A DNA stretch of 64,000 nucleotides from the human T2T-CHM13v2.0 reference genome, Homo sapiens (GCF_009914755.1 NC_060930.1), one strand, 5' to 3'; numbered from the stretch's first letter, positions 15,519-31,259 are shown. Numbers and translations: made by a program. Notes: generated by a model from the sequence alone, not told the origin.

Positions 15519-17085
15519 TTTTCTTTTCTTTTTTTTTGCAGTTGCAAGATTTAATAGAGTGAAGACAGAGCTCCCATACAAAGGGAGGGGACCCAAAGGG
15601 GGTTGCTGTTGCCGGCTCAAATGCCTGGGTTTATATCCCAATCATTGTCTCTCCCCCTGTGCTCTCAGGCAATAGATGATTGGCTATTTCTTTACCTCCT
15701 GTTTTTGCCTAATTAGCATTTTAGTGAGCTCTCTTTACTATCCGATTGGTTGGGTGTGAGCTAAGTTGCAAGCCCCATGTTTAAAAGTGGAAGCAGTCAC
15801 CTTCCCAGCTAGGCTTAGGGATTCTTAGTCAGCCTAGGAAATCCAGCTAGTCCTGTCTCTCAATCCCCCCTCTCAACAGGAAAACCCAAGTGCTGTTGGG
15901 GAGGTTGGCCGACGACCGCTCTAACTGCTTCCTGCTGAATTGGGGCATAGTAGGGGTTGTGCAGTTGAAATTTCCTTGGGGGAGTGCTTTCGATATCATT
16001 AACATCGGTGCATGGGCTAGCAGGCCGGTCCAGGGGTCTGTGGTAGATCTTAGTCATGGACTGCATCTGGGGCTCCTTTTGAAGAACAATTAGTAGTTTT
16101 ACAGCTTCGATTCTGGAAGAGACAAACTTAACAAGGAGGTTAAAGATACAGGGTCCAAAGAAGAGTCGCAATATTATAGCTGCTGGAGGTCCTAAGAAGG
16201 GGAGAATCCAGGGCACCCATTGGCTGAGAAGGCCCCAGGGTCCAGTGTTTTTTAAGCTCCTTTGCTCTACGTTGTATTCGATCTCGAATTTCTTTAACTT
16301 TCTCAGTGACAATTCCAGATTAATTAACATAATAACGGCATTCTTCCCCTAAAAATAAAAAGGTTCCCCCTCTTTCAGCGGTTAGCAAGTCTAAAGCTCT
16401 TCAATTTTGAAGGACTACTGCATACCCCACCTTTTGAAGTCCTTTTTCTACAAAGGAAATTCCATCAGTGTACAAGTTGAGGTCGGGATCAGTCAAGGGA
16501 ACCTCTAAAAGGCCCCTCAAGTGGCGTAGGTTTGAGCAATTATTTGTTGACAGTTATGTTCTATCTTTTCTTCATTGTCTGGAAGAAACGTGGCTGGGTT
16601 AAGAGTTGCACAAGTGCACAGTCACAACACTGGCCCTTCAAGTAATATTTTACTGATATTTAAGTAAACGATTGTCTGACAGCCACAAGTCTCCTTTAGC
16701 AGAGAATATGCTGTTCACATCATGAGATGTCCACACAGTAAGATCTCTTCCCTGTATCATTTTAACTGCTTCAGATACTAAGACTGCTACGGACGCCACT
16801 ACCCATAAACAAGGAGGCCAACCCTTTGCCACTACATCAATTTCCTTACTCAGGTATGCCACGGGTTGCAAGCTTGTCTCTCGGACCTGTGTAAGGACTC
16901 CTAGAACTATTCCTGTTTTTTCTGTGATATATAAAGAAGAGTCTTGCCCTGTTGGCAAGCTTAACACTGGGGCTTGGGTTAGGGCCTTCTTTAGGGCCTG
17001 GAAAGCTGCTTCTGCTTCAGGTGTCCATCTTACTAATCGGTATTGGCTTTCTGAGTTTCCTTAATTAGTGTATATAATGGTCTGG
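15519..17085 (-). pseudogene. HERV-W (HERV17/LTR17) processed retrocopy: pol fragment, env TM fragment, U3-R and poly(A)
   Basis: Minus strand reads pol (RPLYTLIKETQKAN ... LYTDGISFVEKG), env TM (RALDLLTAERGGT, GPWGLLSQW, FVSSRIEAVK), PPT, LTR start TGAGAGACAGGACTAGC (15862), ATTAAA (15550-15555), then an A tail (15519-15537) with no U5. Stops and frameshifts present. Confidence 0.92.
15538..15862 (-). mobile_element. LTR17 U3-R truncated at the poly(A) site
   Basis: Begins TGAGAGACAGGACTAGCTGGATTTCCTAGGC and ends ATTAAATCTTGCAACTGCA before the A tail. Confidence 0.9.
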
Positions 17086-17145
17086 TAAATCCAATGGACC
17101 TGGGCTTGCAGGCCTTGTAGGACATTAGGATGAAATTCTAATTTA

Positions 17146-17181
17146 TATATATCTATATCTATATATAGATATAGATATATA
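17146..17181. repeat. Perfect 36-bp AT-rich palindrome
   Basis: TATATATCTATATCTATA|TATAGATATAGATATATA; all 18 pairs are complementary about 17163/17164. Confidence 0.9.
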
Positions 17182-17656
17182 CTGCACACCCAAACCTATT
17201 TGTTGAGTATGGTAAATATTTAGTATATGGTACAGAGTGGATACTCAACAAATGGTAATCAGCATTAATAATAGTAAAAGTGCACCTTAACCTTTAATGA
17301 GGAAGTCAAATCCTCATCAATCAACCTACAATTGTTGTACAAATTACACAGTTTACCATGAGGTAGACACTTGGGGGGAAATACCTTCAGTAACTTTTAA
17401 CTAAATTACCTGGAATTTGATCTACAGGATTATTTATGTTGCAAATCAAAGCCATATAGGTCTTTGCCAACATGCATGTCATACCATTCATGCCAAGAAA
17501 TATAAACCTCTGATATTACTGATTAGTGCAATTAACTTACTTGGTCTTTAAAGTGAAAACACCCCACACATTTAGAAACTATAGGAGGAACACTAAAAAC
17601 CTAGGGTGTATACCGAATGAGATGCCTTGACTCTCCCATAAGAATTTTCATCTGTT

Positions 17657-18052
<396 letters not shown>

Positions 18053-18209
18053 TCAAGCATAACTAGATGGAAAAAGATGAAGATAATTCATCTGCTCAAT
18101 TGTTTTTTTCAGCTCAGTGATTCTCTGTCTTCTATGTTTACATTGTCAAAATAGAAATAGGTCCTATTAGCTCTAAGGTTTATGCACATAAGTGATTAAT
18201 CCCATTTAA

Positions 18210-18629
<420 letters not shown>

Positions 18630-19069
18630 CAATAGCAGAATATTCTATGCAAGAAGAAGAGAGTAAGCTTCTGCTGGATCTTACAAAAAGCTTGCCCAGA
18701 TCCTTTCAACTTCCCAGGAACCACCAAACCTTCCCTCAGCAGCATGTCATCACTGGAGCAGCAGGTTGATTTGCAAAACCATGTGGAGCCAACAAAATCT
18801 TCTCAAACCCAGTCCTCATCTCACTCCATTCACCAGAACACATGTCTAAAACAGCAAAGATTTCTATGTGTAAAGCGAGCCCATAAGAACTCTGGGAGAA
18901 AGCATGGAAGAGTCCTAAGTCTTTTTTGTAGAAGCAGGGCTCATCTGTGCATGGCACAAACCCCAAATGCTTTCTAAGAAAAGGTGGGTAAGTGTGAGTC
19001 TTTAAATAATGTAAACTTCTATTTGTTTAAGCAATAGACAAATGAGAAACATATTTGTGGCCTATCTGA

Positions 19070-19930
19070 CAAATAAAGGTAATGATAAAGCTTTTAAAGT
19101 CAATTTTTAAAACTAAAAAAAAAAAATACAATAAAAATAAACAGTAGTCAAGGCCAGATTCCAGAAAATAATGCAAATAGTCCATAAAATGCAAAAAAAT
19201 GTTGTCTTCCTTACTTGAAACATGAATTACAGCAATAATCATTTGCCATTTATTGCCTATTGGCAAAGATTTAAGAGTTTCATAGCACATGGAGTTGGTG
19301 AGGTTTTGAGGAAATAGGCAGTTCATATAATGTTGATAGGGTTGTAAATTGATATAACTTTTTCACAGGGCAATTTGGCAATATCTATTAAAATGTAAAA
19401 TTTACATACCCTTTGACCCAGCAATTTCATTGCTAAGAATTCAGCCTAAGGGTTTGTTCTCTCATCTGTGCAAAGAGTGCAAGGGTACCAGGACACGTCT
19501 TGCTGTATTGTTTGTAATCTCCCCAAATGGGGGGAGAAAACTTGCTAATATCAATTTAAGAAACTGGTTAAATTCATTATGATACAAACCACACAATGGA
19601 CTATTAAGCATGGGTGGATTCTTATGCTCTTGTGGAAAGGTTCTGAGATACACTGTTGAGTGAGGAGAAGTGTGCTGCGGACAATACATCGAGTGTGACC
19701 CCATTTGCAGTGAAGGTTAAATAGATATATATCCGTCTGTGTGAAAGTTTGCACGTGCAGAGGAAATTTTCAGAAAGATTTTAAGAAAGACTTAAATTGC
19801 AGTTACCTCTGTGTATCTGGTAAAGCTGGAGAGGTCTTTTATCTTTGGAAAAACATTTTATCTTTTACCTTACACTCTTGTATTCTACTTGGCAGAAGTC
19901 ATTTTTATCATTAATGTGCATTACTTTACT
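19070..19930 (+). mobile_element. Ancient L1ME-type 3' region
   Basis: GGGCAATTTGGCAATATCTATTAAAAT..CATACCCTTTGACCCAGCAATTTCA and further degenerate L1 3' motifs. Confidence 0.7.
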
Positions 19931-22589
19931 ATTAAGACAAACATAGTTTACTATTTGGGGAAGAATACAAAAGAGAAAAAGGAGGAGAAAACAAAGGAGG
20001 GAAGGAAAGCATAAAGGTTTAAAGGAGGGAGGAGGGAAGGAGAAAGGAAAGGAAAGGAAGAGAGAAGAAACCTCCTCATTCTTTTGAGTAGAAGGCCGTT
20101 ACCTGTTTCAATGGAGACAGTTAGCAGCACATTTTAAAACTTAAGTAATTTTACCCAACTTCACAAACACTAACTTGTTGCTTCTTTTATAAATGAAAAC
20201 AAGGAAGTCTCTAGGGTTGGTTTCGTCCACACTTTTTCTTAGGCTATATGCAAACCACCCTGGGATAAAGTCCTCACTGCACGTAAGCCAAGGGTGACTC
20301 CAGGGAGCCAGACGGCATTTCCTTCCATAATACACAAATTTGTATTTTGCCTGATGTTTTTGTCTCTGAGCCCAGATCCCACAGTGATAGGCGCCACAAA
20401 AGTACACAGACCAACAGAGGACGCGCCCTGATTTTGCAGAAGAGACCGATGCTTGGAGGTCAAGAGGCTGCCTGCCACGGATTCAGACTGGAAGCTTCGG
20501 CCGTCTGAGCAGATTAGAGCATCAGGCTTTGTCGCTAGTGCATGCAGGAGTTTTCACAGATAAAAATCTTTCTTTCTTCTCCTTAAGATTCTGGTAGCTA
20601 ACCAGAAGCTACATGAATTTTTTTTTACTTACTTTTTAAGATTAAAATCATACATGAGGTCTCTTTTATAAGATAATGAGTATTGCAAAGGATTTTTTTT
20701 TTAAAGAACTGGTTTTTAAAAATTGAGAGACTTTAACAAGGCTTGTATGTTTGTTTTTAAACTCCTTTTCTATGGTAAAGGAGGAAAGTTTAGGCCTACC
20801 ACAGGACCAAGGCTTGCAGAAAGACAAAACTGTTCTGGAAGCAAATGGGACCCACTCCTTCACCTCCTTCCCCCGCCCTCCCTTTCCTCTCCTTGCCCCA
20901 AACTGAACTCTGCAACCATTACTGAAGCTTACAAAATATTCTGCTACTACTCGACAGTTTAAAAATTAACAAGCATGTAAAGCTACCGGGGGTAAAAGCC
21001 TGGAGCCTGTGGCAAGAAGCAAGCCCTGGCTGGATTCTGTAATTATTTCTTACGCAACTCCAGGTCGCAGTCACAGCTTTCCGAAGATTACACACTTCCA
21101 GCCGCTCAGCCCTGCTGGAGCAGGAGGGCCTGGCTCTGCCAGAGTTGTGTATGCCTCTCATAGCATCATAATTAGTCATTAAACAGCAGAACAAAGGGCC
21201 ATTCTGACCAAGGTGGCACTACTGGATTCCTTTGCTTGCAGGAAAGGAGAAATTTCTTGCACGTTCTCCCCTGGAAGGATGTGAATGGGGTTGGGAAGGG
21301 AAGACCAAGATGTGGAGAGGGGTGGACCGAGAGTTAGTTGCAGAAGGCAGACTTCATGGGGATTTTCTGTCCCTGCTGCTGCGTTTCTTGTTTGTGTTGC
21401 TGCATAAACTCCACCAGACCAGCACGCTGTGACTGCCCTAGCCCGGCCCGATCAATGGGAAGGGACCTCTTGGAGGGCCTCTGTGCCTACGAGGTTTCCA
21501 GCCCTACCCCAGGCTTTTCCTTATTACCAAGATTGCTGCCCTCATGTTCACACATTTTATTTTTTATCAGAATTTTGCGAAATCAGAATTCTAAACTTCT
21601 GAGGCCCTAGATAGTTTTAATGAAGCATATACCTAGAACCTGAATATTCAGGGTAAAGTATTAGCCTTAAGTATAATCACGGCTAGCCCATGGATTCTGC
21701 AGATGAAGAAACTGAGGCCAGAAAGCCCAGTGGTGAGCTTTATTACAAACATTATGGGGGCTTCATGAAGGCACTTGGCTTTACTTTATTCTTGGAACTC
21801 AGAGCTAACCTCCCATGCTTTCTTTGTCTGCTCTATGAATTCAGTGTCTACCTGAAACCTCCACCCAACCTGTTTGTACACTTGGAAAACCCAACCTGGT
21901 GCATGGGCTGGGTGATAATCATGGCAACACTGCAGCCTGCAGGTAAGTGTGAAGATAACAGCAAGACAGCTGGAGAGTGCTACCTGCCAGCACACAGTCT
22001 CAACCCCTAAGAGGCAGCTGCGCCCAAGAGAGGAGGGATGTCAATGAAGGGTCACACCTTCAGTTTGGGCTGAAATGAGTGAGCTAAAGGAGTGGTTTGT
22101 TATTCAGAATTACATTTGCCAAAGTGTACTAGGGAAAAGAATTAATTTCCCACAGCATTGGTAAGAGGATTGGGTCTTTTTGCCTGGACTTTATAGAAGA
22201 GGTCAAGAAAGATGGAAAATGGCCCATGGAAACTGACTCGCCCACAGCGGCCTGCCCTGCTCAGCTGTGCCACTCAGTAACCACTAACAGCGACTCCAAG
22301 TTGACAAGAGAAAAACAGTCTTTTCACATTAATCTCATTTCCCTGTGTGAGAGTTTCACTAGACTACATCAGGGAAACACCACAGACACTGACTATCCAG
22401 TTCTAATACATCCGAAAATATCTTCAAGGATGGCATAGAGAAATGTAGGTTAGACAATTAAGTTACAGAGAAATTCCGTGGATTAATCAGTTGTAACCCA
22501 AAGGTGCCAGTTAATGGATTAACATCGACCTATAGGGACACATCAAAGAATTCTTTTCCACCATGTTTTCCAATGAACTGGATAGAAAC

Positions 22590-23226
<637 letters not shown>

Positions 23227-23762
23227 GGCAATAATGTGCTTGCTGAATGTGAAGATAGCATAAACCCAGGCGGGTGGGGGAAATATTAGATGGCAAAGTC
23301 AACAACCAAAATTATCTTGACAGGTGAGAACGACAGTCCGAAGCCAGCAAGATGGAATTTAACAGGCTATGTAAATCAATCCCACAGTTAGATTTCAGAA
23401 AAACAATTGCACAAGAACAAGATGGGAAAGATAATGTGGCTAAATAATACCACATGCAGAAATGACAGGGTCTCGGATGACTGCCAGCTCAGTCTGAGTC
23501 AAAAATAAAACCCTCCTTTCAAAAAAGTGTGATCTTTGCTGTCATCACTAATTAAAATAATCATAGTTTTCAGCACAAAAGTGTGCTCATATGCATTCCT
23601 GCACTTGAACTCACATCTTTTCATAGATACATGCAATATGCCTGTGATCAAGTTTATTCATTCCAGCCTGGTTTGTAAGAGCAAAGATGAGAGTCCACCT
23701 AACTGTCCATCAGTAAACAGGGGACTGGTGAAATAAATGAGGGAAAGCGAATACAGCCTTCA

Positions 23763-24070
<308 letters not shown>

Positions 24071-24764
24071 GAAGAAGAAGGAGGAAATTCTTAATGCATT
24101 GGTTCAGAGCAGTCTCTAAGGTAAATAGGTAGGGGAGACAGAGATTTAACAAAAAAGAAAACAAATCTCCAGCTTTATTTAGATTTCATTTGGAGTCTTG
24201 CTACTCGGGCTGATCCTTGGCCATTAGTGTGGGCAGGCTGAAGGCTTTTTAGAAGTGCAAAGTGGCAGGACCCATATCAGACCTACTGAAACAGAATTTG
24301 CATGTTAATAAGATTCCTAAATGATGCCTATGCACTTTACCATTTAAAAAGTAAATTTACTTTATCGTGGTAAACTATGCATTACATAAAATTTGCCACT
24401 TTAACTATTTATGCAATTCAGTGGCATGAAGTCCATTCACAGCGTAGCACAGCTATCACCACACCATCCATCTCCAGAACTTACACAGATTTTATTGGTA
24501 GTTTTGAACTACTTGGAAGAACAAATTTGTAACACTTTTAAAACTTGTTTGTTCTTAAAGGTACATCTCTCATCTGTTGATTCATTCATTCATTTAATGT
24601 ATACCCATTGAGTGTTTGTGCTAATCCAGATATCATTCTGGACACAGAGGGCTACAGTGATAAGCAGAAAGACATGAAGTTTACAGCCTAGTGAGTTGGC
24701 TGAAGTGATTTATTTGTCTTTTATTCCATCTTCATTGAGGTAGGTATAATGACAAATAAAACTG

Positions 24765-25004
24765 GTATGACCATTATGAAAAAGAGTATAGAGGTTTCTC
24801 CAAAAATTAAAAATAGAAGTGTCACATGATCCAGCAATCCGCAACCAAAAGAATTGAAATCAGTATGTTGAAGAGACAGCTCGCTTCCATGTTTATTGCA
24901 GCACTATTCACAATAGCCAAGATATGAAATCAACCTAAGTGTCCATCAACAAATTAATGGATAAAGAAAATGTGACATATATATATATATACACATATAT
25001 ATAC

Positions 25005-25035
<31 letters not shown>

Positions 25036-25490
25036 ATGTAACACTATTCAGCCTTTAAGAAGAAGAAAATCCTGTCATTTGTGACAACATGGATGAACCT
25101 GGAAGACATGATGCTTAGGGAAATCATTCAGACAGAGAAAGACAAGTACCGCATGATCTCACTTATATTAAAGGTCTAACTCATAGAAGCAGAGAGTAGA
25201 ATGCTGGTTACCAGGGACAGTGAGGTGGAGAGACTAGGGAGATGTTAGTTAGAGGGGACAAACTTGCAATTATAAGTTCTGCAGATCTATTGTACAGCGT
25301 GGTGACTATAGTTAATAATAATGAACTGTACACTTGAAAGCGGATAAGAGAGTCAATCTTAACTGTTCTCACCACAAAAGAGACAAAAATGATAACTATA
25401 TGAGGTGATGCACGGGTTAACTAATTTGATCGTGGTAATCATCTTACAGCGTATATGTACGTCAAGTCATCGTGCTGTGCACCTTAATAT
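24765..25490 (+). mobile_element. L1MA-type 3' end containing a (TA)n(CA)n microsatellite at ~24976-25035
   Basis: ATGTTTATTGCAGCACTATTCACAATAGCCAAGATATG, AAATCCTGTCATTTGTGACAACATGGATGAACCTGG. Confidence 0.88.
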
Positions 25491-28314
25491 TGAAATGCTG
25501 CTGTGGGGAATGAATTTAACCCAGCCTGCCTCATGCCGTCTGGACCCTTCCCTCCAACCTCACTTCTTGTAGCCCTCCCTCATGTTCTGGAGGCCAGGGA
25601 ACTTGTAACATTCCCAACAGTTCTGAGTCCATGCCCAAAAGGTTCTCCAGGATCTCAGGGAATACTGGATTTTGCAGGATCCTCCTCCGTGATTCATTCA
25701 GAAGAGTCCGTGGCTGAGCTGACACCAACGTCAGCTGATTTTGCCCCAACAGACTCTGCCGACTGAAGGGATTTCTGCAGCTTTGAGTCATTCACTCTTC
25801 TTTGGTCACCGTGCTTAGGTCAGGATGCAGGCAGTCCCTTCTATCTGAGGGTAATTTTCAGTAGCTACCACCTAAGTGTTCCGCCCAGCTGGCACAATCC
25901 TAGCCTCAGCTGCGTATTTTCCTCCAAGGCCAAGGGTGATATCAAAACCAGCCCAGGAATTCTTTCCAAATTCAAGGTTACTGTTGCTGCATCACGGTGT
26001 GACATGGGTAAGATCTTGCCCTTGGATGGTGCAGTGTGGACTTGGTGTGGGATTTTGTTCATGTTCTGTAGTCACTGGCCAGAAGGATGAGGTTCACATT
26101 TTGCATGAGGTTGCTGGGGGTCTTAGAGGTCACACTAATTTGGCACCATTCTACATGGTCTGCAGATGAGTTGATTGAAAGTCCCCATTCTGCCCACACT
26201 TGCTGCAGCCACACACAGTACCTGCTCTTCATCACTTTGCCTCCCTTAATACTTCAAGATGTATTTTTAAGTAAAAAAATTTAAAAAGTGAGATGTAGAA
26301 TGGCATTTCAGCATAGTACCTTTGCACAGGGGGAAGGGCACCCACTCTGTTACAGGCACTCAGGTGTGTGTGTTATCATACCCGGAGGGCAGCCCTGAGC
26401 ACACACATGCCAGTGGCCTGGCTGACTCCAGGGGTGTGGTGATGGAGACAGCAGTGCCAAGAGGACATGCCATCACTGCCTCTGTCCCTTTTGAATTGGC
26501 AGCATGTGCAAGTATTACCTAGTCAAAAAATTAAATCTGAATTATGAATAAATTTAAAACTGGTTTTCTACCTTACCAAATATAATGTTTTACTTTATTT
26601 AACCAACATGCAGTGCCAGTACTAAAGAAGTGACTGCCCTATTTTTTACCATGTATTAGTCAAGACTTTCTCATGTACAGAATGTTCAAATTTGAGCATC
26701 ATACTTCCAAAAAAGTATATTTGATATTTATATAATAAAGGTACTTTCTTGTCTTTCCTTCTTCCTCAAAACAAGAAGCATGCCAAGGGAGATCTCATCT
26801 CTAGGTTTAAATTATTTCTTTGCCATCTGTTAGCATGTCTTCAAGTCATTCTTTGTAAGCCATTCATTTCTGTGCATTGCTTCACAATGCCACATCCTCT
26901 ATTCTCGTAAGATCCTGTACCAGCAAATGACACACAAATTCAAGAGAATGTTCTAAGTATACATTCAGATAGTAAAAGCATACGTTAGTCACAAATTTTG
27001 TTTATTCATGTTTCTACAACTTCAATAGTAGAAATAGGTAGATGATTTCCAGTTTCCACTCCACTATGTAGGGAGCTTGGAAGCGATCATCACTTCCATC
27101 CTCACAACAAGAAAAGAGTTAAACAAACTGAAAATCAACAACTCTTCTTAGATCCATCAAAGAATTGCAGTCCCAGGGAAAACTGCTGCCCCCAAAATGG
27201 AGAGACAGATAGGCAAATACAGAGATTCACATTGTACTGGAGCAGAGGCCCAAGAAAGAAAACAGCTTCAGGAACCAGTACCAGTGTCTCTTACCCAGCA
27301 CATCATGCCTGGCTTTTAACAAGAGATTAGGATGTGTATGAAAACTCTAAAAACACAGAAGAAACAGAGCAAGCATCAGAACCAGACTTGGATATTGCAA
27401 ATATATTGGAATTATCAGACAAGGAATTAAAAAATACTGTAATTAATATGCCAAGGGTTCTAATGAAAAAAGTAGGCAATATTCAAGAAAAAATGGGTAA
27501 TGTAAGCATAGAGATGGAAACTCTAAGAAAGATTCCAAAGAAAATGCTGGAAATCAAAGATGCTACAACTGAAATGAATGCCTTTGATGAGCTCATCAAT
27601 AAACTCCATGGCCAAGGAAAGAATCAGTGAACTTGAAGATATGTCAGTAGAAACTTCTAAAACTGAAATGTAAAGATCAAAAAGAAAATTAAAAGATAGA
27701 ACAGAATACCCAAGAACTGTAGGACAATTACAAGAGCTGTAACATACACATAATGGGAATATGAGAAAGAGACAAAAGGGAGAAAGCAACAGAAGAAACA
27801 TTTGAAACAAGAATGACTGGTAATGCTTCAAATTTAATGACAGACACAAAACTTTACAGCCAAGAAGCTCAGAGAACACCATGCAGAGTAAATACCAAAA
27901 ACTGTACAATTAGGTACATCCTGTTTAAGCAGAAGAAAATCATAAACAAAGAGAAAAATATTGAAAGGAGAAAGAAACACTTTATCAATAGAGGAGCAAG
28001 GATAAGTATTACACAGGACTTCTCTTCAGAAACTTTGCAAGCAAGGAAGGTGTAGTGAAATATTTAAAGTGTTGACAGAAAAATAACAATAACAACACAC
28101 TAGAATTCTGTACGCTGCAAAATTGTTCTTCAAAAGTAAAAGAACATAAAGACTTTCTCAGAAAAATAAAGATTAATTTATCTCCAGTAGGCTTGCCTTG
28201 CAAGAAATGTTAAAAAGAAGTTCTTCAGAGAAAAGGAAAATGATACAGGGAAGAAAGTCATTAAGAAAGGAAGAACATTAGAGAGCAATTAAGTGAAGGT
28301 TAGTTTTTTAAACT

Positions 28315-28591
28315 TTTCTTAGGTCTCACTTTGTTGCCCATGCTGGACTGCAGTGACACAATCTCAAGGCTCACTGCAACCTCCCAGGCTCAAGCAATCC
28401 TCCCACCTCAGACTCCTTGGTAGCTAAGACTACAGGTGCATACCACCATAAGTACCTAATTTGGTTTACTTTTTGTAAACATGGGGTCTTACTGTGTTGC
28501 CCAGTCTGATCTCAAACTCCTGAGCTCAAGTGATTCTCCTGCCTCAGCCTCTCAAAGTGCTGGGATTACAGGTGTGAGTCACTGCACCCGG
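28315..28591 (-). mobile_element. AluJ-type SINE within L1
   Basis: Antisense Alu with GGCTCAAGCAATCCTCCCACCTCAG and CAAAGTGCTGGGATTACAGG. Confidence 0.88.
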
Positions 28592-30940
28592 GTTAATTTT
28601 TATTATTCTTAATTGATTTAAAAGATAACAGTTTGCTCGAAAAATAATAGCAAAAAGCCATTCTGTGATTGTAGCTTATGGAAAAGTGAAATGAATGACG
28701 GAAATGTTATACAAAATGGGAGAGGAGAATTGGGAATACTCTAAGGTACTTGCACTACCCATGAAGTGGTATAGTGTTACTCAAGAATGCCTTGGAATAA
28801 GTACCTATATTTTGTAAACCCAGGGCAACCACTAAAAAAAGTTGTTTTTTAAAAGTGTAAGTGACATGCTAAGAGAATAGGAGAAAATAGAACCATATAA
28901 AATGATCAGTTAAAACCAGAGAAGACTGAAAAAGAGTGAAAGACAAAAAAGAAAAGAAAAAAGAAAGAATAAACAAGGGCAACAAATATAAAACAGTAAC
29001 AAATATGGTGGGTATTCATCCAGCTATGTCAGTAATCATTTTAAATGTGAATGGTCTAAATGAACCAATTAAAAGAGAGAGACTGTCAGGACCCAACTAT
29101 ATATCATCTATAAGAAACCCACTTTAAATAAAAAGACACAGATGGATTAAAAGTGAGGGGATGGAGAAAGATATACCACACTAACACTAAGCAAAAGAAA
29201 ACTGGCATAGCTATGTTAATTTCAGTAAAAGCAGACTTCAGGACAAGGAAAATTATCAGGGATAAAGTGGAGCATTCCATAATGATAAATGGGTCAATTC
29301 TCTATGAAGACATAACAATCCTTAATGTGTATGCACTAACTACATAGTGTCAAAATACATGAGACCAAAAGTGATAGATCTGCAAGAATAAATAGGTAAA
29401 TCCACTATTATAGTTGCAGATGTCAACACCCCTCTATCAGGAGTTGGAAGATCCAGCAGGCAGAAAATCAGCAAGGGTATAGTTGAACTGAATAGCACCA
29501 TGAATCAACTAGATAGAACTGACATTTATAGAATACTTCATCCAACAACAACAGAGAACATATTCTCTCAATTTCACACAAAGAGTTCACCAAGATGGAC
29601 CACGTTCTTGGCTATAAAACACACCATAACAAATTAAAAAGAATAGAAATCATACAAAATCTGCTCTCAGACCACAATGGAATTAAACTAGAAATCAATA
29701 ACAGAAATGAAAGCCCAAAATCATATGATTAAATCAATAAATGAAGAAAAAGCATTTAACAAAATCCAACAACCATTCATGATTTAAACTCTTAGCAAAC
29801 TAGAAATAGAGGAAAAATTCCTCAAATTGAACAAAAAGTTCACACACACAGAAAAATCTATAGCTAAAGCCATGCTTAATAGTGAAAAACTAGTGGTTTT
29901 CCCACTAAGATCAGGAAAAAGGTGAGAATGTCCACTCTTACCATCCTTATTCAGCATCATACTGGAAGTCCTAGCTAATGCAATAAGACAAGAAAAGGAA
30001 ATAAAAAGTACGCAGATTGAGAGAGAGGAAATAAAACTGTCTTTGTTCGCAGATGGCATAACTGTCTATGCAGAAAGTCCCGAAGAACTGACAAAACACT
30101 CCTGCAACTAATAAACAATTACAGCAAGGTTTCAGGATGCAAGGTTAATACACAAAAATCAATTGCTTTCCTATATACCAATAAGAAACTATTGGAATTT
30201 GAAATTGAAAACACCATGCCATTTACATTAGCACCCAAAAAACATGAAATACTTCAGTATAAATCCAGCAAAATATGTACAAGATCCACATGCGGAAAGC
30301 TATAAAACTCTGATAAAAGAAATCAAAACAGATCTAAATAAATGGAGAGATGTTCCATGTACATGGATGGGTAGACTCAATATTGTTAAGGTGTTAGTTC
30401 TTCCAAACTTGATCTATAGGTTCAACATAATCCCAAACAATATTATTGCAAGTTTTTTGTGGATATAGACAAATTGATTCTAAAATTTTAAGATTGACCC
30501 ATTCACACAAATTTGTCTATTCATCTTTTGGTGGACACTTATGTAACTTCCACTGATAGATGGATAGACAAACAAAATGTGGTCTATGCACACAATGGAA
30601 TATTATTCAGCCTGAAAAAGGAAGGAAATTCTGGCATATGCTACAACATGGATAACCTTGAAAACATTATGCTAACTGAAATTAGCCAGTCACAAAAGCA
30701 CAAATACTGTATAATTCCACTTACATGAGGTACCTAGAATAGGCAAATTGATAACAACAGAAAATAGAATGAGTATTGCCAGGGATTGGGAGAGGAGGAA
30801 ATTAGAAATTGTTTAATGGGTACAGAGTTTCGCTTTTGCAAGATGAAAAAGTTCTGGAGATAGATGGTCGTGATGGTTGCAAAACACTGTGAATGTACCC
30901 ACACTACTGAACTGTATCATTAAAAAAAATGGTTGATATG

Positions 30941-31259
30941 GAGCTGGGAGTCATGGCATATGCCTGTAATCTCAGTGCTTTGGGAAGCTGAAAGGGGAGG
31001 ATCGCTGGAAGCCAGGAGTTCAAGACCAGCCTGAACAACATAGTAAGGCCCCCATCTCTACCACAAAATAAAAATAAAAAATAGCTGCATGTGGTGGTAC
31101 ATGCCTGTAGTTCCAGCTACAAGGAAGGCTGAGGTAGGAGGATCACTTAAGTCCAGGAGGTCAAGGCTACAGTGGACCATGATCACTCCACTCTACTCCA
31201 GCCTGGGTGACAGAGCAAGACCCTGTTTCTTAAAAATAAAAAACAAATTTTAAAAAAAA
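30941..31259 (+). mobile_element. AluJ-type SINE within L1 3' UTR
   Basis: Diverged dimer; GTTGATATGG / GTTAATATGG flanks. Confidence 0.88.

Noticed and set aside
15860-16330. Syncytin-like env ORF as a functional gene
   Set aside because: Only a TM C-terminal remnant: SU and signal peptide are missing, the immunosuppressive domain has a stop and the tail is frameshifted. It is not ERVW-1.
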